A stretch of 64,000 nt of DNA from an uncultured Gammaproteobacteria bacterium (GTDB lineage Bacteria > Patescibacteriota > Microgenomatia > Levybacterales > UBA12049), in the NCBI GenBank assembly GCA_964457465.1, contig CAYWEJ010000002.1, positions 15 to 64,014 on the forward strand, in the 5' to 3' direction. The position numbers and the translations under genes are program-made. The notes beneath the pieces were generated by a model. The model was not told where the DNA came from and made no database searches. It saw only the letters and a list, made by a program, of their open reading frames with translations. Every line of letters starts with the position of its first letter. Positions within the stretch are counted from its first letter, which is position 1. Positions 19,662-29,547 of the stretch are shown here, one piece after another.

Positions 19662-20696
19662 TTGTTTTATAATATATGTATGAGAATTTTTCCTAAAAAT
19701 ATTTTTATTCAAAATATAGACTCGTTTTTGTTAAGAGAAAATTTTCTAATATCTTCACTTGGCACAATACTCATCATTAGATTTTTCTTAAAACTTACTA
19801 ACTATCCTCAAATTGGTTCATCGACCTTTCATATTGCCCATTTACTTTGGGGTGGATTTTTCATGCTCGTTAGTTTTTTACTAATTTTTTCATTCTTAAG
19901 CAGAGGAGCAATGAGCTTGAGTTCAGTAGTTGCAGGAGTTGGTTTTGGTGCCTTTATTGATGAGTTGGGAAAATTTATTACTAGAGATAATAACTATTTT
20001 TTTCAGCCAACAATTGCAATTATTTACATTATCTTTATTTCTTTATATATAACTTCTAGATTTTTATCTCAGAGAAAAAATATCTCAAAGCAAGAATATC
20101 TCATTAATGCCATTGATATGATTAAGGAATTTGCACTGAACGACTTAGATAGTTTTGAAAAGAAAAAAGCAATGGAGTATCTTTTGAAAAGCGATCAAGA
20201 AGACCCATTGGTAAAAATTTTAAAGTCTTTTCTGGGTAATGCTCAGACAATAAAGGTATCAGACAGATCCTTGTGGTCTGAAGGTAGGCATTATGTCTCA
20301 GAAAAATATTATCAGTTCACGAGATCTAAAGTTGTGAGAAAATTACTTATTTTTATGTTGATACTTCAGTTGGTAGTTAGTTTATCTCTTGTATCGCGAG
20401 AGTTTACTAACTTGCAGGAGATGAGTATTATCAATTATGGAATTATTCTCTCTACTATTACTTCTGGTATTTTTGTAATCTTGGGCGTGATACTCTTTAC
20501 AGCAAATAAACATACATCATACCTTTTTTTTAAAGTTTCTATTTTAATTTCAATTTTTATTACACAACCATTTTTATTTTACCAGGAACAGCTTTCTGCT
20601 ATCGTTGGACTTCTTGTAAATCTTTTATTGCTTGCGGTTGTTGACTATGCTCTAAATAGAGAAGAAATTTCTATAAATCCTCAATTAGAATCATAG
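19662..20696 (+). CDS. Hypothetical multi-pass membrane protein
   Basis: About 344 aa with hydrophobic segments at both ends and a central soluble region. The start may be at the internal Met near 19678. Confidence 0.5.
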   Translation: MFYNICMRIFPKNIFIQNIDSFLLRENFLISSLGTILIIRFFLKLTNYPQIGSSTFHIAHLLWGGFFMLVSFLLIFSFLSRGAMSLSSVVAGVGFGAFIDELGKFITRDNNYFFQPTIAIIYIIFISLYITSRFLSQRKNISKQEYLINAIDMIKEFALNDLDSFEKKKAMEYLLKSDQEDPLVKILKSFLGNAQTIKVSDRSLWSEGRHYVSEKYYQFTRSKVVRKLLIFMLILQLVVSLSLVSREFTNLQEMSIINYGIILSTITSGIFVILGVILFTANKHTSYLFFKVSILISIFITQPFLFYQEQLSAIVGLLVNLLLLAVVDYALNREEISINPQLES

Positions 20697-21661
20697 GTCG
20701 TAAAATATTGATAAGTTATTTCTGATATTCTTGCAATTGCTTCCGCTGCTTCCGCTGGGTCTTTTGTTTCACTCATGCCTATAAAAATATAGTCTCCTGT
20801 ATTGTTGAAAACAATCCCCACATCGTGCTTGTATCCATAAAGCTCACCGGTCTTATGCGCAACCTTAACTTTGGTTGGGAGATACTTTGGTATTCGATCA
20901 TTTATCACCTGTCTTTTAAGCAGTGATAGCATTTCATTGCTACTTCCTTCATTTACAAGTTCCTTTCTATACAGTTTTAGAAAAAATGTCGACATATCTT
21001 CAGCTGTTGTTTTTGGTGGACTACCAACCTTTGAAGACAAGAGACCTTGTAGATTCAAAAACTCTTTTAGCTTACTTATGCCCACCGTCTCTGTTAAAAG
21101 AAGAGCTGCATAGTTATCAGAGACTGTAATTGCTTTTTCTAGAGCTTGTTTAACCGTGTACTCGATATCTCCTTCAGACAACTCAGCTTCTTCAGAAGCA
21201 ATATTGAATTCGTCGTTAAGCTTAGGGACAGTTGACGAAAGTTTTGCTTCAAGCGTTAGGTTACCTTTTTCAATTTGATCATAAACAACTACCATAAGCC
21301 ACAACTTATAAAGACTTGCGGAATAGTATATTCGATCAGGGTTATGACGATAGCTTTCACCTGTAGCTAGATTGATGACTATAAAACTGTAAGAACCTGT
21401 TAAAGAATCTAATTCACGTTTAACTTCTTTGTCTAGTCCTGTTGCAAAAAGCGAGTTAGTATTTTGATTATGATCATTAATCCCCTGCACAAGCGGAGAA
21501 GCAAGTGCATGAGAATTTTTTTCTTTTACTATTAGTGAAAAGAGTATAGTCGAACCTGCAAGTAGTAAAAAAAATAGAGAGGAAAAAAAAGCTAGTCCTT
21601 TGATGATTTTCACTTTACACATACTAACGATCTTAGATAAAATCTTCAACAGGAAAATCAA
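20681..21661 (-). CDS. Class A beta-lactamase-fold serine hydrolase, membrane-anchored
   Basis: 326 aa. SLYK (SxxK), VSDN (SDN) and HKTG (KTG) motifs occur in order. N-terminal hydrophobic anchor. Confidence 0.75.
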   Translation of the reverse strand: MIFLLKILSKIVSMCKVKIIKGLAFFSSLFFLLLAGSTILFSLIVKEKNSHALASPLVQGINDHNQNTNSLFATGLDKEVKRELDSLTGSYSFIVINLATGESYRHNPDRIYYSASLYKLWLMVVVYDQIEKGNLTLEAKLSSTVPKLNDEFNIASEEAELSEGDIEYTVKQALEKAITVSDNYAALLLTETVGISKLKEFLNLQGLLSSKVGSPPKTTAEDMSTFFLKLYRKELVNEGSSNEMLSLLKRQVINDRIPKYLPTKVKVAHKTGELYGYKHDVGIVFNNTGDYIFIGMSETKDPAEAAEAIARISEITYQYFTTYDSN

Positions 21662-21680
21662 TTAATGATATAATCCATCT

Positions 21681-22688
21681 ATGTTAGTAGATAAAGTAAC
21701 AATAACAGTTAAAGCTGGAGATGGTGGTAATGGAGCTGTTTCATTTAGAAGGAATGAGGGTAATCCCTTCGGAGGTCCAGACGGCGGAAATGGTGGAGAT
21801 GGTGGAGATGTTTATGTTCAGGGAGTTAATGATTTAACTGCATTGTCTCAATTTCAATACAAAAAAAAATGGAAGGCTGATGATGGTGTCGCTGGAAAAA
21901 GAAAGAATCTTTTTGGAAAAAATGCAAATGATCTCACAATATTAGTTCCAGTTGGAACACTCATTACAGATGGAGATGGTAAGCTTGTTGCAGATATTAA
22001 CAAAGAGAGTATAAAAATTCTCCTTGCAAAAGGAGGAAAGGGAGGTAGGGGTAATAATGAGTTTAAATCTGCAACAAACCAGACCCCAAAATACGCAGAG
22101 AAAGGCGAAAAAGGGGATGAGCTCGAACTGCAGCTTGAGTTAAAATTAATCGCTCAGGTTGGGATAATAGGCTTGCCAAACGCTGGTAAAAGCACGCTTT
22201 TGGCTCATCTTACTAACGCAAATCCTAAGATTGGAGACTATCCTTTTACAACACTTGAGCCAAACGTCGGCATGTTAGGTAAATATATGCTTGCTGATAT
22301 CCCTGGATTGATAGAAGGGGCAAGTGAGGGCAAAGGTCTTGGGGTCAAATTTTTAAAGCATATTGAAAAAACGGAGTTTTTGATTCATTGCATTGATGCT
22401 TCAAGCGAGGATGTTGAAAAGAGCTACAAAATAATTATGGACGAACTTGGTTCATTTAATAGTGATCTTTCAAGAAAAAAACAAATAATCCTGTTAACAA
22501 AGAGTGATAAAATATCAAAAGACAATTTGTCTGAAAAAATTGAGATTCTCAAAAAATTTTCTCTAGAAATTTTTACTATCAACATTTATGATCTTGAAAT
22601 AGTTGATACTTTTAAAAAATCTATATTATCGATTCTTGAAGGCTTTTTACCAACTCCCTCCTCCCCCGCCACCAGAGCCACCCCCTGA
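21681..22688 (+). CDS. obg: GTPase Obg
   Basis: Glycine-rich N-terminal Obg fold, then a GTPase domain with GLPNAGKST, DIPGLIEGA and NKSD-type boxes. Confidence 0.93.
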   Translation: MLVDKVTITVKAGDGGNGAVSFRRNEGNPFGGPDGGNGGDGGDVYVQGVNDLTALSQFQYKKKWKADDGVAGKRKNLFGKNANDLTILVPVGTLITDGDGKLVADINKESIKILLAKGGKGGRGNNEFKSATNQTPKYAEKGEKGDELELQLELKLIAQVGIIGLPNAGKSTLLAHLTNANPKIGDYPFTTLEPNVGMLGKYMLADIPGLIEGASEGKGLGVKFLKHIEKTEFLIHCIDASSEDVEKSYKIIMDELGSFNSDLSRKKQIILLTKSDKISKDNLSEKIEILKKFSLEIFTINIYDLEIVDTFKKSILSILEGFLPTPSSPATRATP

Positions 22689-24422
22689 AAATCCTCCACT
22701 TGACGACCCGCTCTTAGAAGGCGTTGCTGCTATTGCGGTTGAAAGAGATTTTGACATTGAACCAATAGACTGAGCAAAGGCAGTTGGAACAAAAGGTGTA
22801 TTTCCTTTGTACCATGTTGGTTCTTGTGGTTTTAAGCCTATGTCTTTCATTGCTTTTGCAAATTTTTCAGTTAAACCAAAGATGATTGCATATGGAAGTA
22901 CTTCATTAAAAAGATTTTTGTTTTCAAAAAATTGTTGTCTATATTTTTCCGCCCCATTAATAAACATTTTATACCCTAGAGATCTTGTGTATAATTCTCG
23001 ACCTTCAGCTGTTCTTCTGGGCATCTTTTGGGAGAGAATCATTGTTGCTATTCCTGTTATGCATAATGATAGTGTTATAACAAGGAGCTTTGGAAAAAGG
23101 AAAAGTAGTCCTAAAGATAAAAATATTCCTCCAGGAAGAGTAGTAAGTAGAATGCCAAAAATAAAATATTTCTTTCTAATTTTTTCAGGATTTTCAACAA
23201 ATAATTTTTGACTAATTACTCTTTCATACAATGTGTTTTTGATTGATGCCAAATCTTGGTAAAATGTATATTTCAGCTCTGAGAGCTTGACGGTTGCATT
23301 ATTTTTAAAAAGTTTTTCCATAAGAAGTAACTCATAATCTAGTAATCCTTTTGTTTTTAATGTAGTTGTAAAGATGTAATCATTCCTACCAAATACCCAA
23401 GTTTTTTTAATTTCTTTAATAGTTATAAATCCTCTTTGGGCAAGGTCTATTAGCGTTGCAGTAACATCAAGTGTATCTGCTTTTTCATCAAGCAGTGCAC
23501 CTATCTCTGCGGGTCTAAGGTTTTGTGGTGGAGTAAATTCTACTACAATTGTCTCGTGTGCTCCTATAGGTTTTATCGAATTTTTTAATGCAATGATCCC
23601 TTGACCTCTCCAGAAGTCTCTACCTTTATTCAGCCATTTCCACAAAATGAGTAAAACACCAAATAATGTTAGCAAAATAAATAAAATCAAATTTTCTTTT
23701 TGAAACAATTTTTCTGAAAAAGTTTTAGGACGAGGGATAGAGAGAATTGGCACTAATCCTTTTTTGAAACCCGCAGCGATTGTGAAGTTTTCTCCAGGAT
23801 AAATTGTATCATTAGAAAACACTGCATATGAGTCAGACTTTTTTAAATCGTTGCAAGAAACATTGGATCCAGTTACTCCTGAATAGCATGCAGTCTGAAT
23901 AAGTCCGGGAGATGGTAGAGTTAAGGTTGCTGAAGCTTTTCGTATTGGAACTTCCCATTCAGATCCAGTAACATTCCAATAAAGCTCATCGTATGAAGAA
24001 TATGGTATTAAGACACCTGAGACAATATATGAAAGCAAGTATGTATGTCTTCCAGATATTGTCTTATCTTCATTCCCAATTTTAATCCTTAGATTTGAAC
24101 TGTTGGATTCTGACTGATATTTTTCAATGTTGCCATCTCTCTTTACGCTGAGGATCTTGATGTGCGTGTATCTTTTTTCACCATTCTCATTCTGATAGGC
24201 ATATGGCATATCGCGATAGATACCATGTTTTTTTAGACTCAAGAAATCTACTGATACAGTCTCTGTTATTGCTACCTCACCTGTTTTCAATATTGAGATA
24301 TCGCTTTGGAAATCAGTAATATCCCATGAAGACTGACTATTAGCTTTGCTGGGATAGCAAATTAACAGAATGAATGAAAAAATAGTTAGAATTTTTTTCA
24401 TAACGACAGTATACCATGACAA
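22647..24422 (-). CDS. DUF2207 family membrane protein with a glycine-rich C-terminal tail
   Basis: 591 aa. Signal peptide, extracellular domain, TM helices and a ...GGFSGGGSGGGGGGSW tail. Its 3' end overlaps the obg 3' end on the opposite strand. Confidence 0.65.
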   Translation of the reverse strand: MSWYTVVMKKILTIFSFILLICYPSKANSQSSWDITDFQSDISILKTGEVAITETVSVDFLSLKKHGIYRDMPYAYQNENGEKRYTHIKILSVKRDGNIEKYQSESNSSNLRIKIGNEDKTISGRHTYLLSYIVSGVLIPYSSYDELYWNVTGSEWEVPIRKASATLTLPSPGLIQTACYSGVTGSNVSCNDLKKSDSYAVFSNDTIYPGENFTIAAGFKKGLVPILSIPRPKTFSEKLFQKENLILFILLTLFGVLLILWKWLNKGRDFWRGQGIIALKNSIKPIGAHETIVVEFTPPQNLRPAEIGALLDEKADTLDVTATLIDLAQRGFITIKEIKKTWVFGRNDYIFTTTLKTKGLLDYELLLMEKLFKNNATVKLSELKYTFYQDLASIKNTLYERVISQKLFVENPEKIRKKYFIFGILLTTLPGGIFLSLGLLFLFPKLLVITLSLCITGIATMILSQKMPRRTAEGRELYTRSLGYKMFINGAEKYRQQFFENKNLFNEVLPYAIIFGLTEKFAKAMKDIGLKPQEPTWYKGNTPFVPTAFAQSIGSMSKSLSTAIAATPSKSGSSSGGFSGGGSGGGGGGSW

Positions 24423-24469
24423 TGCTTCTTGACTATGTTGTCCTTTTTACGTAGTATTAATTTCTACCT

Positions 24470-25012
24470 ATGACAAACGATATAGAAAAGTGTCCTACAT
24501 GTGGTAGTCCACTCAGTGAAGTTATTACAACGTCAACAGGAAGGAAATTGCAACGATGCTCAACGTCTTCCTGGGACGCCGCATCTCGATCTAATACTGG
24601 ATGTGATTATGTAAAGTGGCTCGAAGTAGAACCCGAAATACTTGACGAAAAATGTCCAAAGTGTGGCGCTCCTCTTGTTCTTGCAGTCACACGTTTTGGT
24701 AAAAAGATGAAAAAGTGTAGTACTTCTTCTTGGGACAAGGAGTCAAAAAAAGCAATTGGGTGTGACTATATTGAGTGGATTAACGGCATAACAGAATCAC
24801 TTGATGAGGATTGTCCTGAATGTGGTAAAAAATTAGTCCTTTTTACCACAAGTGCAGGTAAAAAGATGAAAAAGTGTAGTACATCCGGATGGGATAAGGC
24901 AGCTCGTAAAGCAACAGGGTGCCCCTATGTTTACTGGCTAAAGCCTCATGAATATACTCGATCAGATAGTACAGGTGAAGAATTTCTTCCCCCAGAACCT
25001 ACTGAAGAATAA
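24470..25012 (+). CDS. Protein made of three tandem topoisomerase-type C4 zinc-ribbon repeats
   Basis: 180 aa. Three copies of CPxCGxxL...G(R/K)K...CSTSxWD...GCxY. A 26-nt exact DNA repeat GGTAAAAAGATGAAAAAGTGTAGTAC at 24698 and 24857 reflects the duplication. Confidence 0.7.
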   Translation: MTNDIEKCPTCGSPLSEVITTSTGRKLQRCSTSSWDAASRSNTGCDYVKWLEVEPEILDEKCPKCGAPLVLAVTRFGKKMKKCSTSSWDKESKKAIGCDYIEWINGITESLDEDCPECGKKLVLFTTSAGKKMKKCSTSGWDKAARKATGCPYVYWLKPHEYTRSDSTGEEFLPPEPTEE

Positions 25013-25049
25013 CCTCGTTTTTTTATAAATTTTCAGTCATAATATTTTT

Positions 25050-25910
25050 ATGGCCAGAAATGAATCGCAACGAAAGATTGATATTGTACTACCAAGAAAT
25101 AGAAGATTTTTATCACAAAAATTTTTTATCGCAATATCAATCTTTGGCATTTCCCTCTTTTTAATTTTTTATCCATATACAACAGCAATTCTTGGTACTG
25201 GAGGAGATATAGATACAAAAAAAAGAGAAATAGCTGTAAACACGAATGATAATTTATTCGAAAATAATAGCTTATTGAACCAAACCCCAAAAATAGCAGA
25301 AAAAAATATTTCTTTTGGAATTATTTCTCTCAAAAGCTCATCATATATTTATGATAATTTACAAAATGCAGCAAATGCGCCAAGAGATGAAGGTCTTACT
25401 AGTTCAGGTCAGCCACCTCAGAACAACTTTTCTATAAAAGAAGTATGGTCTAATCCATTTGCTTTCGCTTCAAAGCTAGCAGTCACAACAAAAAACACCT
25501 GGGTAAATGATGGGAGAAAATCAACACTTATTAAATTAATTGATAGTATTTCTCGCTATTATATTAGTTATGGAAAATTTCCTGTCTTGGATAAAAATAG
25601 CAGTGAGCTCACCTACGACTGGGTTACTGAGATGGTGGATAAGAATGAGATGTCTGGCGTATATGAATACGTTTTAAAAACTACAGCTCCAGTATCATAT
25701 TGTGGAACTTCTGAACAAACGGGTTATTGTTTTCAAACTGACAACAAAAATGCAATTCTTTATGTTAGGCTCGAAAAGTTCGGTGATAGCGTTATATGCG
25801 AAGAAGGAGATGTATTTTTTTTGTGGTCTTCACTTGATAACAAGCTGGGATCTGTGTGCTTAGACGAACTGCCGGTGGATATGGGAGGGTTTGAATATTT
25901 TATCTATTGA
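25050..25910 (+). CDS. Hypothetical membrane-anchored extracytoplasmic protein
   Basis: 286 aa. N-terminal TM, then an N/S/T-rich domain with conserved Cys pairs. Confidence 0.5.
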   Translation: MARNESQRKIDIVLPRNRRFLSQKFFIAISIFGISLFLIFYPYTTAILGTGGDIDTKKREIAVNTNDNLFENNSLLNQTPKIAEKNISFGIISLKSSSYIYDNLQNAANAPRDEGLTSSGQPPQNNFSIKEVWSNPFAFASKLAVTTKNTWVNDGRKSTLIKLIDSISRYYISYGKFPVLDKNSSELTYDWVTEMVDKNEMSGVYEYVLKTTAPVSYCGTSEQTGYCFQTDNKNAILYVRLEKFGDSVICEEGDVFFLWSSLDNKLGSVCLDELPVDMGGFEYFIY

Positions 25911-26325
25911 TTAAATTTGGATATTTTTTTAAAACCTTAAGTGTTGCAATAAGCATATCAGAATAGCTATCAGTAGGTTCGTTATGAATAGGTATCCATT
26001 GATAAGCCCTGTGCTCTTCGCTAAGAATGATATCTTTTTTTACATATTTACAAAGATAAGAAATTCTTATCATATGCTCATTTTTTTTAGATGAGAAATC
26101 AGATACTGTGGCAAGAGGATAAAGAGGCAATGTTTCAACGCCTATTTCTTCAAAAACCTCTCTTACAGTTGCATCAAGTGGGTTTTCGTTCATTTCCACA
26201 GACCCTCCGGGAAATTCCCACATCAAAGGAAAAGTGTCATGTTGTGCTCTCTGAACAATGAGAATTTCATCATGAGGATTTATAAGCACCCCATATACAG
26301 TAATGAGGTGCAGTTTGTTGTTCAT
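25900..26325 (-). CDS. NUDIX hydrolase
   Basis: Nudix box GGSVEMNENPLDATVREVFEEIGV. Confidence 0.85.
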   Translation of the reverse strand: MNNKLHLITVYGVLINPHDEILIVQRAQHDTFPLMWEFPGGSVEMNENPLDATVREVFEEIGVETLPLYPLATVSDFSSKKNEHMIRISYLCKYVKKDIILSEEHRAYQWIPIHNEPTDSYSDMLIATLKVLKKYPNLINR

Positions 26326-26349
26326 CTCGATATTATACGTCTTTATGTA

Positions 26350-27480
26350 CTATAAAGAAACAAGGTGTAATTCCTTTTTGATAGACAAAACTACCTCAGA
26401 TACGTAATTGTCTTTTGTCGAGACGAAGATGGGATTTCTTGTTGCGTAGAATTTTTTAATCTCCATTTGCTTTTTTTTTGATATTAAATCTAGCTTGTTA
26501 AATACTAATAACATTGGCTTTGATTTACCTGTTAGGTCGTTGATAATACGGTCAACTGTTTTTATTTTGAACTCCATATCGTCATCGCTGCTATCAACGA
26601 TATGGAGTAAAAGATCTGAATGAATTGACTCTAATAGGGTTGAGTTAAATGACTTAATTAAGCTTGCTGGTAGGTTGCGAATAAATCCAATAGTATCAGT
26701 TATGAGAATTTTTTTGTTTGTATTTTCAAAAGTATACTCTCCTGCCTTGCTATCAAGAGTAGCAAAGAGGGCGTCTTTTATAAATGTTGATTTACCTGTA
26801 AGCATTGTAAATACAGATGATTTTCCAGCGTTGGTATAACCAACGAGTGAGATCGTGTAGATACCAAGTCTTTTTCTTCTTTCAATTTGTAGCATTTTAT
26901 TTAGGTGAATCTTTTGTAATTTTTGTTCAGAGTTTTTAACTTGTTTTCTCCAATGCCTTTTCATAAGTTCAGTATTTGTTTCTCCAATTCCTCGAGTACC
27001 GATGCTTCCACCCTGCCTAGATAGAACATGTCCCATGCCGTAGATTCGAGGCCCCATGTGCTTCATTGCAGCCAGTTCGATTTGTAGACGCGCTTCTGTA
27101 GTGTCGGCGTGTTGTAAGAATATTTGTAAGATAAGATCTATCCTATCCCATACCTCAATTTTTGGATTTTTATAATGCAGTGACTTTTTTATATCAAAAA
27201 TGTGACCAGGTTTTACGATGTCATTAAGGATTACAACGTCGATTTTTTTAGAGAAAATAATGTCATTAATTTCTTTTATTTTTCCTGTGCCTAGGTATAA
27301 TCCTTTATCATGCACCTCTCTTTTTTGGAGAACATATTCAGCAACTTTACCTCCATATGATTTAACCAATTCTGAAGTTTCTTTAAGATTGTAAAATGCC
27401 TCTTCATCAGTGACTGTTTTTGGAATAATACTAGCGATTAAAAATTTTTGTGGAAAAATATGAGTTGATTGTGTCATCAT
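26350..27480 (-). CDS. hflX: GTPase HflX
   Basis: 376 aa. HflX N-terminal domain and a G domain (GYTNAGKSS, DTIG, NKLD). Confidence 0.9.
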   Translation of the reverse strand: MMTQSTHIFPQKFLIASIIPKTVTDEEAFYNLKETSELVKSYGGKVAEYVLQKREVHDKGLYLGTGKIKEINDIIFSKKIDVVILNDIVKPGHIFDIKKSLHYKNPKIEVWDRIDLILQIFLQHADTTEARLQIELAAMKHMGPRIYGMGHVLSRQGGSIGTRGIGETNTELMKRHWRKQVKNSEQKLQKIHLNKMLQIERRKRLGIYTISLVGYTNAGKSSVFTMLTGKSTFIKDALFATLDSKAGEYTFENTNKKILITDTIGFIRNLPASLIKSFNSTLLESIHSDLLLHIVDSSDDDMEFKIKTVDRIINDLTGKSKPMLLVFNKLDLISKKKQMEIKKFYATRNPIFVSTKDNYVSEVVLSIKKELHLVSL

Positions 27481-28157
27481 GATGCTTTTTTAAAGAATGA
27501 AGAGACTGTGTATAAGAAGAGAAGGAGAGCAAGATTAGCTCCGATAGGAAAAAGAAGATAGTAACACCCTTTTGAAATTGTCGATATGAATGTCGGGCTT
27601 AGCGCATGAGAGATTTCTTCGACTGATATTCTAACCCCCGCAATATAACCAAATATTGTTAAGACAACAATAAGAACGATAAGAAATGTAGCTCCTTCAA
27701 GATCTTTTTTACTTGAGAACATAGTATTGCCAATCTCAAATAGGATATAGAATAGAAGAGCACTCATGAATGGGGTGCTCCAGAGATTCTGACTTTCAAA
27801 AACGAAAAGAGAGAAAAGTATCAGAGACGTTCCTGTAAAAAAGGGCGATAATCCGATGAGTATCCTTCTTAAAGGATCAGTTCTGCCAATCTCAACACTC
27901 CCTAATTTTACATAATCGTCTTCTCTTTCTGGGAGTAGTGATATTTTTCCTGTATGTACAAATAATAATCGTGCAGCCAGATAATGAGATAATTCATGAA
28001 CCACTGTTCCTGGTAAAAAAAGAAAAGCTAAGACGTGGATTGTAATTGGAAGACTTTTAGTCGTTTGGTAAAGCACGAATGACAGTTTTTTTTGTATGAA
28101 TCTTGACAGCAAAAAAAGCACAGAAAGCTCTATGAGGAATAGAGCAATTTTTTCCAT
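27477..28157 (-). CDS. Membrane protein with an HExxH motif; putative intramembrane zinc metalloprotease, M50-like
   Basis: 226 aa, multi-TM. The HELSHY motif sits inside a TM segment. Confidence 0.45.
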   Translation of the reverse strand: MEKIALFLIELSVLFLLSRFIQKKLSFVLYQTTKSLPITIHVLAFLFLPGTVVHELSHYLAARLLFVHTGKISLLPEREDDYVKLGSVEIGRTDPLRRILIGLSPFFTGTSLILFSLFVFESQNLWSTPFMSALLFYILFEIGNTMFSSKKDLEGATFLIVLIVVLTIFGYIAGVRISVEEISHALSPTFISTISKGCYYLLFPIGANLALLLFLYTVSSFFKKAS

Positions 28158-28158
28158 A

Positions 28159-28689
28159 TTATAAATTTGGTTTTGGTGATTGATTTTGGGAGGAGTCGTT
28201 TACGCTTAGGAGTTCAATTTCAAATACAAGCGTTGAGTTTGCAGGTATAGCTCCATTTGCTTGATTTCCATAACCAAGTTCTGGTGGAATTGTTAATTTT
28301 CTTTTTCCTCCCTCTTTCATTCCTACAACTCCCTGATCCCAGCCTTTAATTACCTCTCCTGAGCCTATTTTAAAAGTAAATGGTTGTTTTCTGTCATATG
28401 AACTATCAAACTTTTTTCCATCAGTAAGTGTTCCTGTGTATTGCACTGTCACTGTGCTTCCTGCTTTTGCTTCTATTCCTGTTCCTTGTTTTTCTTCCTG
28501 GATAATAACTTGTGGTTCTTTTGTGGAGTTAATTGATACCTGATCTTTACCAGCTTCTTTTCGTGGCATGTTGATAACAACAAGTCCTATACTATATATA
28601 ATTAGAATTGCTACGCAGAAATAAATAATCCTTTTCATTTTTTGTATTGTACAAGAAAGAAATAAAAAAGTGTAGAGATATGTTATCAT
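28159..28689 (-). CDS. FKBP-type peptidyl-prolyl cis-trans isomerase, membrane-anchored
   Basis: C-terminal FKBP domain (...VQYTGTLTDGKKFDSS...GWDQGVVGMKEGGKRKLTIPPELGYG...). N-terminal hydrophobic anchor. Confidence 0.88.
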   Translation of the reverse strand: MITYLYTFLFLSCTIQKMKRIIYFCVAILIIYSIGLVVINMPRKEAGKDQVSINSTKEPQVIIQEEKQGTGIEAKAGSTVTVQYTGTLTDGKKFDSSYDRKQPFTFKIGSGEVIKGWDQGVVGMKEGGKRKLTIPPELGYGNQANGAIPANSTLVFEIELLSVNDSSQNQSPKPNL

Positions 28690-29547
28690 ATGCAGGTGAA
28701 GATTTTGGATACTAAAGGGTGGAGGGATTATGAGCTTTTAGATAGTGGAAGAGGTTATAGACTAGAGCGCTTTGGGGATTATGTTATAGCTAAGCCAGAC
28801 CCGCAAGCGATTTGGGAGAGAAAACTTTCTGAAGAAAATTGGAAAAAATCAGACGCTTTTTTCAACAAGAATACAAACACATGGGAGAAAAATAAATTAT
28901 TTCCTGAAAAATGGAAACTTTCTTATAAGAACCTATCTTTTATCGCAAAACTTACTCCCTTTAAGCATACGGGGATTTTTCCTGAACAGCACATAAACTG
29001 GGATTTTATAGAAGAAAAAGTTACAGCTCGTAAAGGATGTTCTGTGCTAAATTTATTTGGCTATACGGGTGTGGCATCGTTGGTTGCTGCTCTGGGCGGA
29101 GCAAAGGTTACTCACGTTGATGCTTCAAAGTCTTCAGTCACTTGGGCGAGAGATAATCAGGCAGCATCTGGCCTAGGAGATAAGCCAATTCGTTGGATTT
29201 TGGATGATGCAACTAAATTTGTTGCTAGGGAAATACGTCGTGGCAACAAGTATGATGCAATTATTATGGATCCTCCCGTTTATGGGCATGGACCAGAGGG
29301 TGAGCTTTGGGATTTTCTAAAAAGTTTTCCTGAGTTAGTAAAGTTATCTTCCCAAATTCTATCGTCAGATCCTTTATTTTTTCTTATTAACGCCTATGCA
29401 ATATCATCTTCGGCTCTCATGCTTCAAAATGTGCTTCGGGACTGGATAGGTGAAGGAGAAGTTGAGGTTGGTGAGCTAGCGTTGAGAGAAAAATCAGGAG
29501 ATCGACTGCTGTCCACAGGCATTTTTGCCCGATGGTCAACTAAGTAA
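28690..29547 (+). CDS. Class I SAM-dependent methyltransferase, RlmI-like (COG1092-type, no PUA domain)
   Basis: 285 aa. SAM-binding LNLFGYTGVASLVAALGGAKVTHVDAS and the catalytic IIMDPPVY motif. Confidence 0.7.
   Translation: MQVKILDTKGWRDYELLDSGRGYRLERFGDYVIAKPDPQAIWERKLSEENWKKSDAFFNKNTNTWEKNKLFPEKWKLSYKNLSFIAKLTPFKHTGIFPEQHINWDFIEEKVTARKGCSVLNLFGYTGVASLVAALGGAKVTHVDASKSSVTWARDNQAASGLGDKPIRWILDDATKFVAREIRRGNKYDAIIMDPPVYGHGPEGELWDFLKSFPELVKLSSQILSSDPLFFLINAYAISSSALMLQNVLRDWIGEGEVEVGELALREKSGDRLLSTGIFARWSTK

Noticed and set aside
24698-24882. 26-nt exact direct repeat, considered as a possible CRISPR or mobile-element repeat
   Set aside because: Only two copies, both in frame inside one ORF, where they encode the GKKMKKCST segment of consecutive zinc-ribbon modules. 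It is an intragenic protein-repeat duplication, not a CRISPR array.
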